This document shows positions 18,285 through 27,754 of a DNA stretch of 44,522 bases, in pieces. Each line of letters begins with the position of its first letter. The first letter of the stretch is position 1. Source of the stretch: a candidate division WOR-3 bacterium. GTDB taxonomy: Bacteria; Hydrothermota; Hydrothermia; LBFQ01. The stretch is taken from contig JALUCS010000060.1 in NCBI GenBank assembly GCA_027050205.1, positions 1 to 44,522 of the forward strand, written 5' to 3'. The position numbers and the translations under genes are program-made. Below the pieces are notes generated by a model. The model had not been told where the DNA came from. It ran no database searches and saw only the letters and a list, made by a program, of their open reading frames with translations.

Positions 18285-20426
18285 CTAACCCCTTACGATC
18301 CGCTTCAGCTCCTCAACCGACATAAGTATCCTCCTTGGCCGGGACGTACCCTCCGACTTGGAGAGGAAACCGAGCTGCTCCAGCTGGTCCACTATCTTGG
18401 CCGCCCTCGGATAACCTATACCCAGCTTACGCTGGAGGAGGCTCGCGGAGCCGTACCCCTCCTCCTGAATGACCTCCGCCGCCCGGATTATCAGGGAGTC
18501 CAGCTTCCGCATATCCGTAATACCCCCGCCCTCCTCCTCCTCGTACCTGTAGGAGTAGTAGGTGGCAAGGGCCTCCTTAAGTCTCTCCTCGGCGTCCCCC
18601 TCCCCTATCTCCTTGGCGTATATCTCGGCGAGCCTCTCCATCCGGGTGGAGTGGGCAGGCTCATCGTCCCGGAAAAGGGCGTTTAGGACCCCTTCCTCCT
18701 TCGCCCTCCGTACGAACTTCTCCGCCCGTACGTACTTGACTCCCCACAGGTTGGCCAACCGGTAAGCTATCCAGGAGACGAGTACGGGGTTTATATGCTC
18801 CGGGCCGGTGTAGTACCCATGGACCCGGACGGGGTCGTGCCTGTCGGCCGTCAGGACGAGCATATCCCCCTTCCCGAGTAGCCTCTCCGCCCCGTCCCTG
18901 TCCAGAATGGTGCGGGAGTCAAAGCGGGAGGCCACCTTCAGGGCTATCCGGGTGGGAAAGTTGGCCTTTATTACGGGCTTTACGACATCCACGGAGGGTC
19001 GCTGGGTGGCCACTACCATGTGTATCCCTACCGCCCTCGCCAACTGGGCTATCCTCTGTATCGCCTCCACCGTGTCCTTGGGGGAGAGCATCATCAGGTC
19101 GGCCAGCTCGTCTATGACTACTACGATGTAGGGCATAGGCTCCAAGTCCAGACGGCCGGCCTTCCGGTTGTAGGTCTCTATGTCCCTCGCACCGACGGAG
19201 GATAGGAGGGCGTACCTCTCCGTCATAACCTCCACCACCTTCTTCAGGGCATACACCGCCTGCGGTACCATCTTGGCCACCGGGAGGAGGAGGTGGGGCA
19301 GCCCCTCAAAGGAGGAAAGCTCCACCATCTTGGGGTCCACAAGGACGAGCCGGAGAGTGTCGGGGGTGTTCTTCTTTATCAAACCGAGGATGAGGGTGGC
19401 CAGTAGGACGCTCTTACCGGAGCCTGTGGCCCCGCCCACCAAAACGTGGGGGGCCTTGTGGAGGTCAAAGACGTAGGGCTTTCCGAAGACGTCCACCCCT
19501 ATCGGTACGCTCGTGGGACCCCCAACCTTCAGGTGAAGCTCCGCATCCTTGAAGGTGAAGACCTTCCTTCTGTCGTTTGGAACCTCTATCCCTATGTTTC
19601 CGCTGGGGAGGGGTGCCACTATCCGTACGGGCTTCTTAAGGGAGACGTGGAGGTCGTCCTCCCTCCCTACGACGGAGCTGACCTTTACCCCCGGAGCCGG
19701 TACGAACTCGTACAGGGTGAGGACGGGACCCCTCCACACCTTCACTATCTCCCCCTTTATACCGAACTCGGCGAGCTTGGATAGTATGGCCTCCTTCGTG
19801 CGGCTGACCTCGTCCCCCTCTTCCTCGGCATCGGGTGGAGGCTCCTCTACTTCCGGGGCCTCCGGCTCCGTAGGCTCCCCCTCAACTATCTCCGGCGGTG
19901 AAACATCCTCCTCTTCCGTCTCAACCCCTTCCTCAACCTCCTCCCGCTCCACTATCGGGGGTTTCACTTCCTCCTCTATCTCCACGTCAACGGTGACCTC
20001 CTCCTCCCCTTCTTCCTCTGCTCTCTTATCCCTCCCGGCGGTGAATAACTCCCTAAGCCTCCGAACCGCACCGGTACCCAACAGTGCGGGCAGGGGGGAG
20101 AGGAGGAGGGCCAGTATTCCGAGGGGGACGTACCTCCCGGAGAGGACGGCGAATATGCCCCATAGGAGGAGGAAGGGGGAGGTCCAGTAGTACTCCGGCA
20201 CCTCCCTGAAGAGCCTGTAGGCCATCCAGAGGGGAGGGACGACGAGGGATGGTCCGAAAACCTCCCTCATAGGGCGGAAGGCGGGGGAGAGTAGGGTAGC
20301 CAAAACTGCCAACGATAGGCCGAGGAGGACGAAGGGCCTGTTCGTGCGGTCGTTGATGGACTTCAAAAACAGGTAGTACAGGCCACCCCAGACCGCAACG
20401 TCAAAGAGGAGGAGGAGCGAGTACAA
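18285..20426 (-). CDS. ftsK: DNA translocase FtsK
   Basis: N-terminal TM helices, acidic linker, GGATGSGKS Walker A, IDELADLM, ATQRPSVDV, DSRTILD..GAERLLGKGDML, gamma domain SASLLQRKLGIGYPRAAKIVDQLE. Confidence 0.95.
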   Translation of the reverse strand: MYSLLLLFDVAVWGGLYYLFLKSINDRTNRPFVLLGLSLAVLATLLSPAFRPMREVFGPSLVVPPLWMAYRLFREVPEYYWTSPFLLLWGIFAVLSGRYVPLGILALLLSPLPALLGTGAVRRLRELFTAGRDKRAEEEGEEEVTVDVEIEEEVKPPIVEREEVEEGVETEEEDVSPPEIVEGEPTEPEAPEVEEPPPDAEEEGDEVSRTKEAILSKLAEFGIKGEIVKVWRGPVLTLYEFVPAPGVKVSSVVGREDDLHVSLKKPVRIVAPLPSGNIGIEVPNDRRKVFTFKDAELHLKVGGPTSVPIGVDVFGKPYVFDLHKAPHVLVGGATGSGKSVLLATLILGLIKKNTPDTLRLVLVDPKMVELSSFEGLPHLLLPVAKMVPQAVYALKKVVEVMTERYALLSSVGARDIETYNRKAGRLDLEPMPYIVVVIDELADLMMLSPKDTVEAIQRIAQLARAVGIHMVVATQRPSVDVVKPVIKANFPTRIALKVASRFDSRTILDRDGAERLLGKGDMLVLTADRHDPVRVHGYYTGPEHINPVLVSWIAYRLANLWGVKYVRAEKFVRRAKEEGVLNALFRDDEPAHSTRMERLAEIYAKEIGEGDAEERLKEALATYYSYRYEEEEGGGITDMRKLDSLIIRAAEVIQEEGYGSASLLQRKLGIGYPRAAKIVDQLEQLGFLSKSEGTSRPRRILMSVEELKRIVRG

Positions 20427-20432
20427 CGCTGT

Positions 20433-20483
20433 ATTGTACGGAAGAAACTACCTCTCCGGGGGATGCGGGGGCGACCTTAAAAT
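20433..20483. promoter_or_regulatory. Back-to-back divergent -10 boxes for ftsK (TACAAT, -, 20433-20438) and ccmC (TAAAAT, +, 20478-20483)
   Basis: 6 and 8 nt from TTG 20426 and GTG 20492 respectively. Confidence 0.6.
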
Positions 20484-20491
20484 ACCCTATC

Positions 20492-21166
20492 GTGAAGAAG
20501 AGCCTCCTCTTCGCCTTAGGGGTGGGTGTCGTAGCTTTGACCCAAGCCTACGCCCTCTTCGTGGTCCCCCCCGTCAAGTGGCCCGGCCCCAACGGTGAGG
20601 TGTTGGGTACGGTGCAGAAGATCTTCTACCTCCACGTACCCCTCGCGTGGGTGGGCTTCCTGATGGCCTCAATATCCGCCCTCGCCGGCTTCCTGTACCT
20701 CACCCGTCGGAGTGCGAAGTGGGACAGGCTTTCGGCCTCGGCTATGGAGGTGGGGGTGGTCTTCCTCACCGTCGCCATAGCGACCGGTTCCCTCTGGGCC
20801 AGGCCGGCCTGGGGTACCTTCTGGACGTGGGATCCGAGGCTCGTCAGCATGGCCGTCCTCTGGGTCCTCGCCGTTGGCTACCTGTTCCTGCGGAACCTCG
20901 TGGATGAGCCGGAGTTGAGGGCGAGGGTCTCCGCCCTCCTGTCCCTGATAATCTTCGTCAACATCCCCGTCGTCTTCCTCTCCATAAAGCTCTTCCGGAC
21001 CCTCCATCCCGCCGTGGTCAAAGGCCTCTCCAAGGGGGACACCTACGGCATGGATACCCCCATCCTCGTCGGCCTCCTCCTCAACCTCACAGCCATGACC
21101 GTCCTCGGTTTCGCCCTCCTCTACCTGCGGTACTCAAAGGAAAACGGGGAGGAAGCATGTACCTGA
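20492..21166 (+). CDS. ccmC: Cytochrome c biogenesis heme-handling protein CcmC
   Basis: IFYLHVPLAW, WWD motif WARPAWGTFWTWDPRL, RTLHP. Confidence 0.9.
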   Translation: MKKSLLFALGVGVVALTQAYALFVVPPVKWPGPNGEVLGTVQKIFYLHVPLAWVGFLMASISALAGFLYLTRRSAKWDRLSASAMEVGVVFLTVAIATGSLWARPAWGTFWTWDPRLVSMAVLWVLAVGYLFLRNLVDEPELRARVSALLSLIIFVNIPVVFLSIKLFRTLHPAVVKGLSKGDTYGMDTPILVGLLLNLTAMTVLGFALLYLRYSKENGEEACT

Positions 21167-21969
21167 CCCTACTCTCCTTCCTGACGGAGGACTACGGCCT
21201 CGTGGCCTACTTCCCCTCCTACGGCGACAGCGTACGGTTCTCCGCCAACTACTACACGGGGAGCCGATATCCCCTCTTCGTAGGGTGTTTCAGGGGTTTC
21301 TGTCTTTATGCCGGCACCTACGCCGGCTTTTACAGGGACTCTTCCTTTTACCTTCGGGACCACAGGAGGATAATAGACACCATAGACCTCCGCCGGAGCG
21401 CCGTACAGGAGTGGGCGGTGTTGAGTCGCTTCTTCTACTCCGGCAACCTCCTGATGGGTTTTGAGGCCGGCCTTATGAGGGAGACCTATTCCTCCGTCCT
21501 TCGCTCTTACAACGACGTCTTCCCGGACAACCACTTGAGCCTCGGAAACGAGAGGAGGGGGATGCTCTTCGGTGGGGTGATGGGATACGTGAGGGGGAAC
21601 GCCTCCGGCTACCTCCTTTTCCGTTACAGGAACATCACGAAGGACTCCTCCATCTCCTCCGGGGATACCACCGGCTGGGTCATAACCGTCCCCCAACCTC
21701 CGGAGGGGAACTTGGAGCTACTCCTGCACCTGCGGTACAGGTGGGTGTCCCTCAACGTCAGTAAGAGGGGGAAGATGGCCGGATACGTCCGCACCGAAGG
21801 GGCCGTAAAGGGCTTTCCATTTGCCTTCAGTCTGGGGTACGCCCCCGGTACGGGTCCTGTACTCTCCGGAGCCTTTGGTCTCACCTTCAGGGAAGTCCTG
21901 TTGATGGTGGGTGGGGCTTACGCTGGGGGACCGACCCTTGGGGTAGGGGTTAGGTATCCGTATCCCTAA
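21157..21969 (+). CDS. Hypothetical protein, possibly an outer-membrane beta-barrel
   Basis: Typical codon usage; alternating Gly/aromatic strands ending LGVGVRY; overlaps the end of ccmC. Confidence 0.55.
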   Translation: MYLTLLSFLTEDYGLVAYFPSYGDSVRFSANYYTGSRYPLFVGCFRGFCLYAGTYAGFYRDSSFYLRDHRRIIDTIDLRRSAVQEWAVLSRFFYSGNLLMGFEAGLMRETYSSVLRSYNDVFPDNHLSLGNERRGMLFGGVMGYVRGNASGYLLFRYRNITKDSSISSGDTTGWVITVPQPPEGNLELLLHLRYRWVSLNVSKRGKMAGYVRTEGAVKGFPFAFSLGYAPGTGPVLSGAFGLTFREVLLMVGGAYAGGPTLGVGVRYPYP

Positions 21970-21991
21970 CTCGGCCGTAGAATAGGCGGCT

Positions 21992-22618
21992 ATGGAGTAC
22001 GTAGTTAAGGCGCAGTTGAGGGATAAGTTCGGCCGTAACGCCGCCAAAAAGTACCGGAGGGCGGGGTACATCCCTGTGGTCCTTTACGGAAAAGGGGAGA
22101 GGAACATCCACGCCGTAGTTAAGAAGAGTGACCTTATGAAGTTCCTCCACGCCGTCCACGGTGAGAGCGTGGTCGTGACGGTTGAGGTGGATGGTGAGAG
22201 CAAGATGGCCATAGTCAAGGACATCCAGCTGGATCCCGTTACCGACGACGTCATACACGTGGATTTCCAGATCCTCCACAAGGGTGAGGAGGTTGAGGTG
22301 GAGGTGCCGGTCGTCCTCGTCGGTATGGAGAACGCCCCCGCCGTCCGTGCCGGTGGGATAATAGAGGCGTTGGTGGATACCCTCGCCGTTAGGGCGGAGC
22401 CTCAAAACATCCCTGCCCACATAGAGATAGACGTCTCCAACCTTGAGTTGGGCGACGTCATCCATGTAAAGGACATAAAGACGGAGAACTTCACCATAGC
22501 CGAGGACCCCGATATGCCTGTCGTCACCGTACTCTCCGAGAGGGTGGAGGAGAAGCCGGAGGAGGCCGAAGCCGAAGGGGAGACGTCCGCCGAGTCCTCC
22601 GAGGGTGGAGCCTCGTAG
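21992..22618 (+). CDS. rplY: 50S ribosomal protein L25/Ctc
   Basis: R..G..AA...RRAGYIPVVLYG, KDIQLDPV..IHVDF, TL5 C-terminal domain, acidic tail; TAGAAT at 21978-21983. Confidence 0.95.
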   Translation: MEYVVKAQLRDKFGRNAAKKYRRAGYIPVVLYGKGERNIHAVVKKSDLMKFLHAVHGESVVVTVEVDGESKMAIVKDIQLDPVTDDVIHVDFQILHKGEEVEVEVPVVLVGMENAPAVRAGGIIEALVDTLAVRAEPQNIPAHIEIDVSNLELGDVIHVKDIKTENFTIAEDPDMPVVTVLSERVEEKPEEAEAEGETSAESSEGGAS

Positions 22619-22627
22619 TCCCTCCGT

Positions 22628-23170
22628 ATGAAGACCGCCCTGGTGGGCCTCGGAAATCCGGGGCCCGAATATCTCCTTACCCGCCATAACGTCGGTTTTA
22701 TGTTTGCCGACTTCGTAGCCAAGAAGCACGACTTAACCTGGAAGGTCTATCCGAGCGTAGCCCTAGCCGAGCATAGGGACTTCTACGTCCTGAAGCCCCT
22801 CCTCTATATGAACAACTCCGGCAAGGCCCTACTGACCGCCCCCATCCCTGTCGTCAAGATGCCCATAGTAGTGGCTTACGACGACGCCGACCTCCCCTTT
22901 GGCACCGTACGTTTTAAGAGGGAGGTAAGGTCTGTCCCCTCCCACAAGGGCCTTAGGGACATATACGAGGCCTTAAAGCGGCGGGATATAATGAGGTTGA
23001 GGTTCGGGATAGGGAGGCCACCGGATGGAGTTCCCCTGGCCCAGTACGTCCTTTCACCCTTTACCGAGGAGGAGCTTGAGAAGTTGCCCGAAATCCTGGC
23101 CAAGGTCTACGAGGCCTTCCGCCTTATAATACAGGGAAAGTACGACCTAATAGGACGGGTGCTGTTATGA
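22628..23170 (+). CDS. pth: Peptidyl-tRNA hydrolase
   Basis: GLGNPG..Y..TRHNVGF, KPLLYMNNSG, RLRFGIGRP, YVLSPF; usual rplY-pth synteny. Confidence 0.95.
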   Translation: MKTALVGLGNPGPEYLLTRHNVGFMFADFVAKKHDLTWKVYPSVALAEHRDFYVLKPLLYMNNSGKALLTAPIPVVKMPIVVAYDDADLPFGTVRFKREVRSVPSHKGLRDIYEALKRRDIMRLRFGIGRPPDGVPLAQYVLSPFTEEELEKLPEILAKVYEAFRLIIQGKYDLIGRVLL

Positions 23171-24018
23171 GCAGGGAGAGCGTATCGGACGACCCGCTAC
23201 ATTACTACTGGAAGGCTCTGGAGGAGCTAAAACCCCTGCCGTTAGAGGAGGAGTTGGAGCTGGCCAGGAGGGCGAAGAGGGGGGACAGGGAGGCCTACGA
23301 GAAGGTCATAAAGTCTAACCTAAGGTACGTGGTGGATGTGGCCCTTAGGGAGGGATGGAACTCCGGGGTCCCGTTGGAGGACCTCATATCGGAGGGGAAC
23401 CTCGGCCTACTCAAAGCTTTTGAGAGGTTTGACCCCGACAAAGGAGTCAGGCTTATAGCATACGCCGACAAGTGGATAAGGGAGGCCATACTGAAGTTCA
23501 TCAGGTCCTACAAACCCCTTTCGGGAATGCCCCACATCTCCCGCAAGGACCTCCAGAAGATAACGGAACTCTATCAGGAGTTAGGGAGGGAGCCTACGGT
23601 GGAGGAGATAGCGGAGAGGCTCGGATCCTCCACCAAGAAGGTAAGGAGACTCCTTGATGCGATAAGGACGCGGTTCCTAAGCACCGAGGGGAAGATATCC
23701 GACACCGGCGAGGGGCCGTCCGACCCCTTCATACCCTTGGTCGCCACGGACGGCGAGTCAATAGAGAAGGAGTACGTGAAGGGGAAACTGGAGGAGCTGT
23801 TTGAGAGGGTCTTCGCCTCGGACATATTGAGCGAGCGGGAGAAGATAGTCCTCTCGGAGTACTTCGGCATAGACGGGAAACCGAAGAAGATGGCCGAGAT
23901 AGCCCGAAAGTGGGGGGTGAGCCGGGAGTACATCCGCCAGTTGAAGGAATCGGCCCTTAGGAAGATAAGGAAGGCCTTTCCGGAGTTCCAGAAGCTCGTA
24001 GATGAACATCTCGTATAA
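23167..24018 (+). CDS. RNA polymerase sigma factor, sigma70 family (RpoD/RpoS-like, no region 1.1, divergent)
   Basis: NLRYVV, DLISEGNLGLLKA.ERFDPDKG, LGREPTVEEIA, SREYIRQL..ALRKIR. Confidence 0.9.
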   Translation: MSRESVSDDPLHYYWKALEELKPLPLEEELELARRAKRGDREAYEKVIKSNLRYVVDVALREGWNSGVPLEDLISEGNLGLLKAFERFDPDKGVRLIAYADKWIREAILKFIRSYKPLSGMPHISRKDLQKITELYQELGREPTVEEIAERLGSSTKKVRRLLDAIRTRFLSTEGKISDTGEGPSDPFIPLVATDGESIEKEYVKGKLEELFERVFASDILSEREKIVLSEYFGIDGKPKKMAEIARKWGVSREYIRQLKESALRKIRKAFPEFQKLVDEHLV

Positions 24019-24044
24019 AGGCCTTTCGGCTTTACAATAACGGC

Positions 24045-24704
24045 ATGGCGAAGGTGAAGATAGGCAAGAAGCTCGGTAGTAAAAGTAAAAAGACCTCCCT
24101 AAGTTCCAAGATCCGTACCCAAGAGTTCAAAATGGTCGGGGGAATAGGCAAGAAAGGGTACGACCCCGACGAAGTGCGGGAGTTCCTCAACCGTATAGCC
24201 CGTGAGGTGGCCGAGTTGGAGAAGAAGGTGGAGGAAGCAACAGGTGGCGGTGTCAGCGAGGAGGTGGTTGAGCAGTACAAGGAGAGGGTGGAGACCTTGG
24301 AGGCCCAGCTGGAGCTTCTGGCGAGGGAGAACGAAGAGCTTAAGCGGAAGCTCAAGGAGATGGCCGAGAGGGAGCCGGAACCGGCCCAGACTATAGATTG
24401 GGACTCCATACCGGAGGACAAACTCGCTACGGAGCTGTTGAAGATGGCCAAGGAGACGGGGGACCGCATAGTGGCCCAGAAGAGGAAGGAAGCCGAGGAG
24501 ATCCTCCAAAAGGCCCGGGCCGAGGCCGAGGAGCTCCTGAAGAACGCCCGCATAGAGGAGATGGAACTACAGAAGAGGTTGAGCCTCCTAAAGGCCGAGA
24601 TAGAGAAGGCCAAGGAGGAGAGGGACGCTATCAGGAGGAGCTTGAAGAGTGACCTCCTCAACATCGCCCGCAAGATAGAGGACTTCGCCGCCACCTTAGA
24701 ATAG
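24045..24704 (+). CDS. divIVA: DivIVA-domain coiled-coil protein
   Basis: I..QEF....KGYDPDEVREFL DivIVA motif followed by a long coiled coil; TACAAT at 24033-24038. Confidence 0.8.
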   Translation: MAKVKIGKKLGSKSKKTSLSSKIRTQEFKMVGGIGKKGYDPDEVREFLNRIAREVAELEKKVEEATGGGVSEEVVEQYKERVETLEAQLELLARENEELKRKLKEMAEREPEPAQTIDWDSIPEDKLATELLKMAKETGDRIVAQKRKEAEEILQKARAEAEELLKNARIEEMELQKRLSLLKAEIEKAKEERDAIRRSLKSDLLNIARKIEDFAATLE

Positions 24705-24712
24705 ATTCGGGC

Positions 24713-26479
24713 ATGCTCAAGGTCAAGATCCTCATAGGGGATAAGGAGAAGGTCGTAAATATACGTAAGGTCCCTTTCATCATAGGAGGCTCGGCGAAGA
24801 GCGACCTCTTCGTCATAGGGACCCCTCCGGAGTTCGCCGTAATTGACCGTAAGGGCGACACCTACGTCCTGAAGGTTTCGGGCAGGGGGGTGAAGGTAAA
24901 CGGCGTTGAGAACGTCAGGGAGGCGGAACTCGTTCCCGGAACGGAGGTGGACTTCCTCGGAAAGGTCAAGATGATCGTCTTGGAGGCTCCGGAACCGGAG
25001 GACGGGGCAAGCCAACCTACCCAGTACCTTGAGGCGGAGGAACCCCCGTACTTCAAGATAATCACGGGGCCGAACGCGGGGAGTACCATAGAGATAGTCT
25101 CGTCCGGTATCTTAGGGAGGGCGGCCGACGTGGAGTACAGGGTAACGGATCCCCACACCTCACGGGAGCATCTCAAGATATACTTCCTCGGGGACGAGGT
25201 TGAGGTTGAGAACCTAAGCCAGACCAACCCGACGGAGATAAACGGGAAACTCCTGACCGGGAGGGTCAGGTTGAGGAGCGGTGACATCCTGAAGGTGGGG
25301 CGAATGACCCTCCTCTACGTCAATCCCAAGGAGAAGCCGGAGACGGAGCTGATGGCCGGTAGGGGGAAGATGGGGTTGGTGGTCTTCGGCTCTGTCGGAT
25401 TTCTTGCCATCCTCCTGGTGGCCATAGCCACCTTCCTGTACTTCAACCAGAGGAAGAGCGAGGCCCGTTCCAACCTAAGTCTGGCGGTCTCCACCTTCAC
25501 GGCGGCGGAGAACGAGGGGGACCCGGAACGCATAAAGAGGAACTACATCCTCGTAAAGAAGTACGCCCAGAACGCCCTGAAGATAGACGGGGGGCTGCTC
25601 CAGGCCAAGGATTACATACGCAAGGCCGACAGTCTTCTAACTGCTTGGGACAAGGTGGTTCGGGCCAAGAAGCTCGTAGCCGAGGGTAAGTTGGAAGAGG
25701 CCCTCGCCAAGTTGGACTCCGTCGCCCCCATCCTCGGAGACCGCCCACAGTTTACGGCGATATACGCCCCTCTGCTCAACCGTCTCGCCGTTGAGGAGAA
25801 CGTGAACGCCGCCCGTGCCTTAATGGAGAAGGGTAAGTACGACGAGGCCCTGAAGGCCTTAGAGGTGGCCCTGTCCATAGCTCCGGACAACCCGGACCTC
25901 CTCGCCCTGAAGGCCACCTTGGAAGAGCTGAAGTCCTCTAAGAAACCCGTAAAGATGGAAGAGATCAAGCGGAGATACGCCAAGAAGAGGGAGGAGGCCC
26001 GAAAGAGGACCCAGAGCAAGGGTAAAACGCCCCCCAAGGCGACCAAGGGCGGTAAAACTGCCTCCAGGTCTTTCGGCAGTGCCACCCTGAAAGGTGAAAA
26101 GATTACCCTAAAGCGGGGCCTACCGGCAAAGCAGGAACCCTCCATATCCCTCCCCTCCCTCTCCGTAGACTTGGGCGCCCCCAAACCCGCCATAAACCTC
26201 GCCTCCTCCAAGACCATAGACAAGCAGAAGCAGATGATAGACGCCTACAGGAGGGGGGACCTGCGTACGGTCAAACGCATAGCAACGGACCTCTTGAGCG
26301 AAAATCCTCGGAACGTTACGGCGAGGCGGTACCAGCAGCTGGCCGAGCTTGAGAGCAAAGCCAGAGCTTACGAGAGGGCCGGGAACAAGAAGGAGGCCCT
26401 CAAGTACTGGAGGTTGATCCTTAGGTACGACAAAACCAACGCGAGGGCCAAGAAGGCCATAGCCCGTCTTAGCAAATAA
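24713..26479 (+). CDS. Membrane protein with two FHA domains and TPR-like region
   Basis: Degenerate FHA, then canonical FHA (LGR..SREH..NPTEING), a TM helix, TPR-like helices, Lys-rich linker. Confidence 0.85.
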   Translation: MLKVKILIGDKEKVVNIRKVPFIIGGSAKSDLFVIGTPPEFAVIDRKGDTYVLKVSGRGVKVNGVENVREAELVPGTEVDFLGKVKMIVLEAPEPEDGASQPTQYLEAEEPPYFKIITGPNAGSTIEIVSSGILGRAADVEYRVTDPHTSREHLKIYFLGDEVEVENLSQTNPTEINGKLLTGRVRLRSGDILKVGRMTLLYVNPKEKPETELMAGRGKMGLVVFGSVGFLAILLVAIATFLYFNQRKSEARSNLSLAVSTFTAAENEGDPERIKRNYILVKKYAQNALKIDGGLLQAKDYIRKADSLLTAWDKVVRAKKLVAEGKLEEALAKLDSVAPILGDRPQFTAIYAPLLNRLAVEENVNAARALMEKGKYDEALKALEVALSIAPDNPDLLALKATLEELKSSKKPVKMEEIKRRYAKKREEARKRTQSKGKTPPKATKGGKTASRSFGSATLKGEKITLKRGLPAKQEPSISLPSLSVDLGAPKPAINLASSKTIDKQKQMIDAYRRGDLRTVKRIATDLLSENPRNVTARRYQQLAELESKARAYERAGNKKEALKYWRLILRYDKTNARAKKAIARLSK

Positions 26480-26494
26480 AAAGGAGGTAGGAGT

Positions 26495-26782
26495 ATGAAG
26501 GCCGTCATCAGGTTCAAAGGTTTTCAGATACCCGTGGAGGAAGGTCAGACGATAACGGTTCCCAAGGTGGAGGCCAAGGAGGGCGACACCTTAGAGGCCG
26601 ACGTCATCCTCTACAAGGGGGAGAACGGCTTAGAGTTCGGGAACCACAAGGCCATCCTGAAGGTGGTGGGCCACGTCCAGAAGCCCCTTCTGGTCTTCAA
26701 GATGCGCCGCAAGACCAACTACCGCAGGATGTATCACCACGTTCAGGAATACACGAAGGTGGTGGTGGAGAGGATTGAGTGA
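26495..26782 (+). CDS. rplU: 50S ribosomal protein L21
   Basis: MKAVI..G.Q..V.EG, VFKMRRKTNYRR..HH.Q.YT; strong SD AAGGAGGT. Confidence 0.9.
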   Translation: MKAVIRFKGFQIPVEEGQTITVPKVEAKEGDTLEADVILYKGENGLEFGNHKAILKVVGHVQKPLLVFKMRRKTNYRRMYHHVQEYTKVVVERIE

Positions 26783-27311
26783 CCTCCTGAATCTCCTGAA
26801 ATCCCTTCCACCGGAGGCGGCGGTCCTCGTGGCCGCCGCCTTACCGGTCCTTGAGTTGCGGGGAGCCATACCTTTGGGTGTATTCTACTTCGGTATGCCC
26901 GTCTGGAAGGTCCTACTCGTCTCCCTCATCGGGAACCTGATCCCCGTCCCCTTCCTTCTGGTCCTCCTCCGTCCCCTAAATCTCCTCGCTCGCAGGTGGA
27001 GGCCGTCCCGCCGCTTCTTTGAATGGCTGTACGCACGGGCGGAGCGTAAGGGGATATCCGTCCGTCGCCTTGGAGCGGTGGGGGTCTTCCTTTTCGTGGC
27101 CATACCTATGCCGGGGACGGGGGCGTGGATGGGCAGCGTGGTAGCCGAGGTCTTCGGCCTTCCCTTTTCCCTCGCCCTCGTCAGCATAACCCTGGGAGTC
27201 ATAACCGCCGGCATCTTAGTGGCTGTCGCCTCCCACATCGGGTGGTGGGCCGTCGCCGTCCTCTTTACCGTTCTCCTGACGGTTACCTACCTGCTCTCAA
27301 AAAGGGTATGA
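26775..27311 (+). CDS. Putative small multi-drug export family membrane protein (COG2426)
   Basis: LPVLELRGAIP, GNLIPVP, FVAIPMPGTGAW. Confidence 0.88.
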   Translation: MSDLLNLLKSLPPEAAVLVAAALPVLELRGAIPLGVFYFGMPVWKVLLVSLIGNLIPVPFLLVLLRPLNLLARRWRPSRRFFEWLYARAERKGISVRRLGAVGVFLFVAIPMPGTGAWMGSVVAEVFGLPFSLALVSITLGVITAGILVAVASHIGWWAVAVLFTVLLTVTYLLSKRV

Positions 27312-27754
27312 TAGACCTCCTGACCAACCGTTTCCTCTGGGGGGCGATCCTCTCCTCTCTCATAGCCCAGCTCATAAAGGTTATAGCCACACTGATAAAG
27401 ACGGGAAAGTTTGACTTCTCCCGTCTCGTGGGGACCGGAGGTATGCCATCGGCCCATTCGGCGTCGGTTATGACCCTTACGACGATGGTGGGACTCTCTC
27501 AAGGTTTCGGCAGTCCCCTGTTCGGCGCCGTGGCCTTCTTCAGCCTGATAACCATGTACGATGCCGCCGGTGTAAGAAAGGCGGCCGGGGAGCAGGCCCG
27601 CGTCTTAAATGTGATGGTGGAGGAGCTTATGAAGGGGCATCCCATATCCGACGTAGAACTTAAGGAACTGCTCGGTCATACCCCGAAGGAGGTCCTCGTG
27701 GGCGCCCTTATGGGCATAGCCCTGGGGGTACTCTTCCACCTCATCTGGACTTGA
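27308..27754 (+). CDS. Divergent PAP2 family protein (DUF212/YuiD)
   Basis: AQLIK, TGGMPSAHSA, MYDAAGVR..AG.QA..LN, ELLGHTP.EV; ATGA-coupled start at 27308. Confidence 0.9.
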   Translation: MIDLLTNRFLWGAILSSLIAQLIKVIATLIKTGKFDFSRLVGTGGMPSAHSASVMTLTTMVGLSQGFGSPLFGAVAFFSLITMYDAAGVRKAAGEQARVLNVMVEELMKGHPISDVELKELLGHTPKEVLVGALMGIALGVLFHLIWT

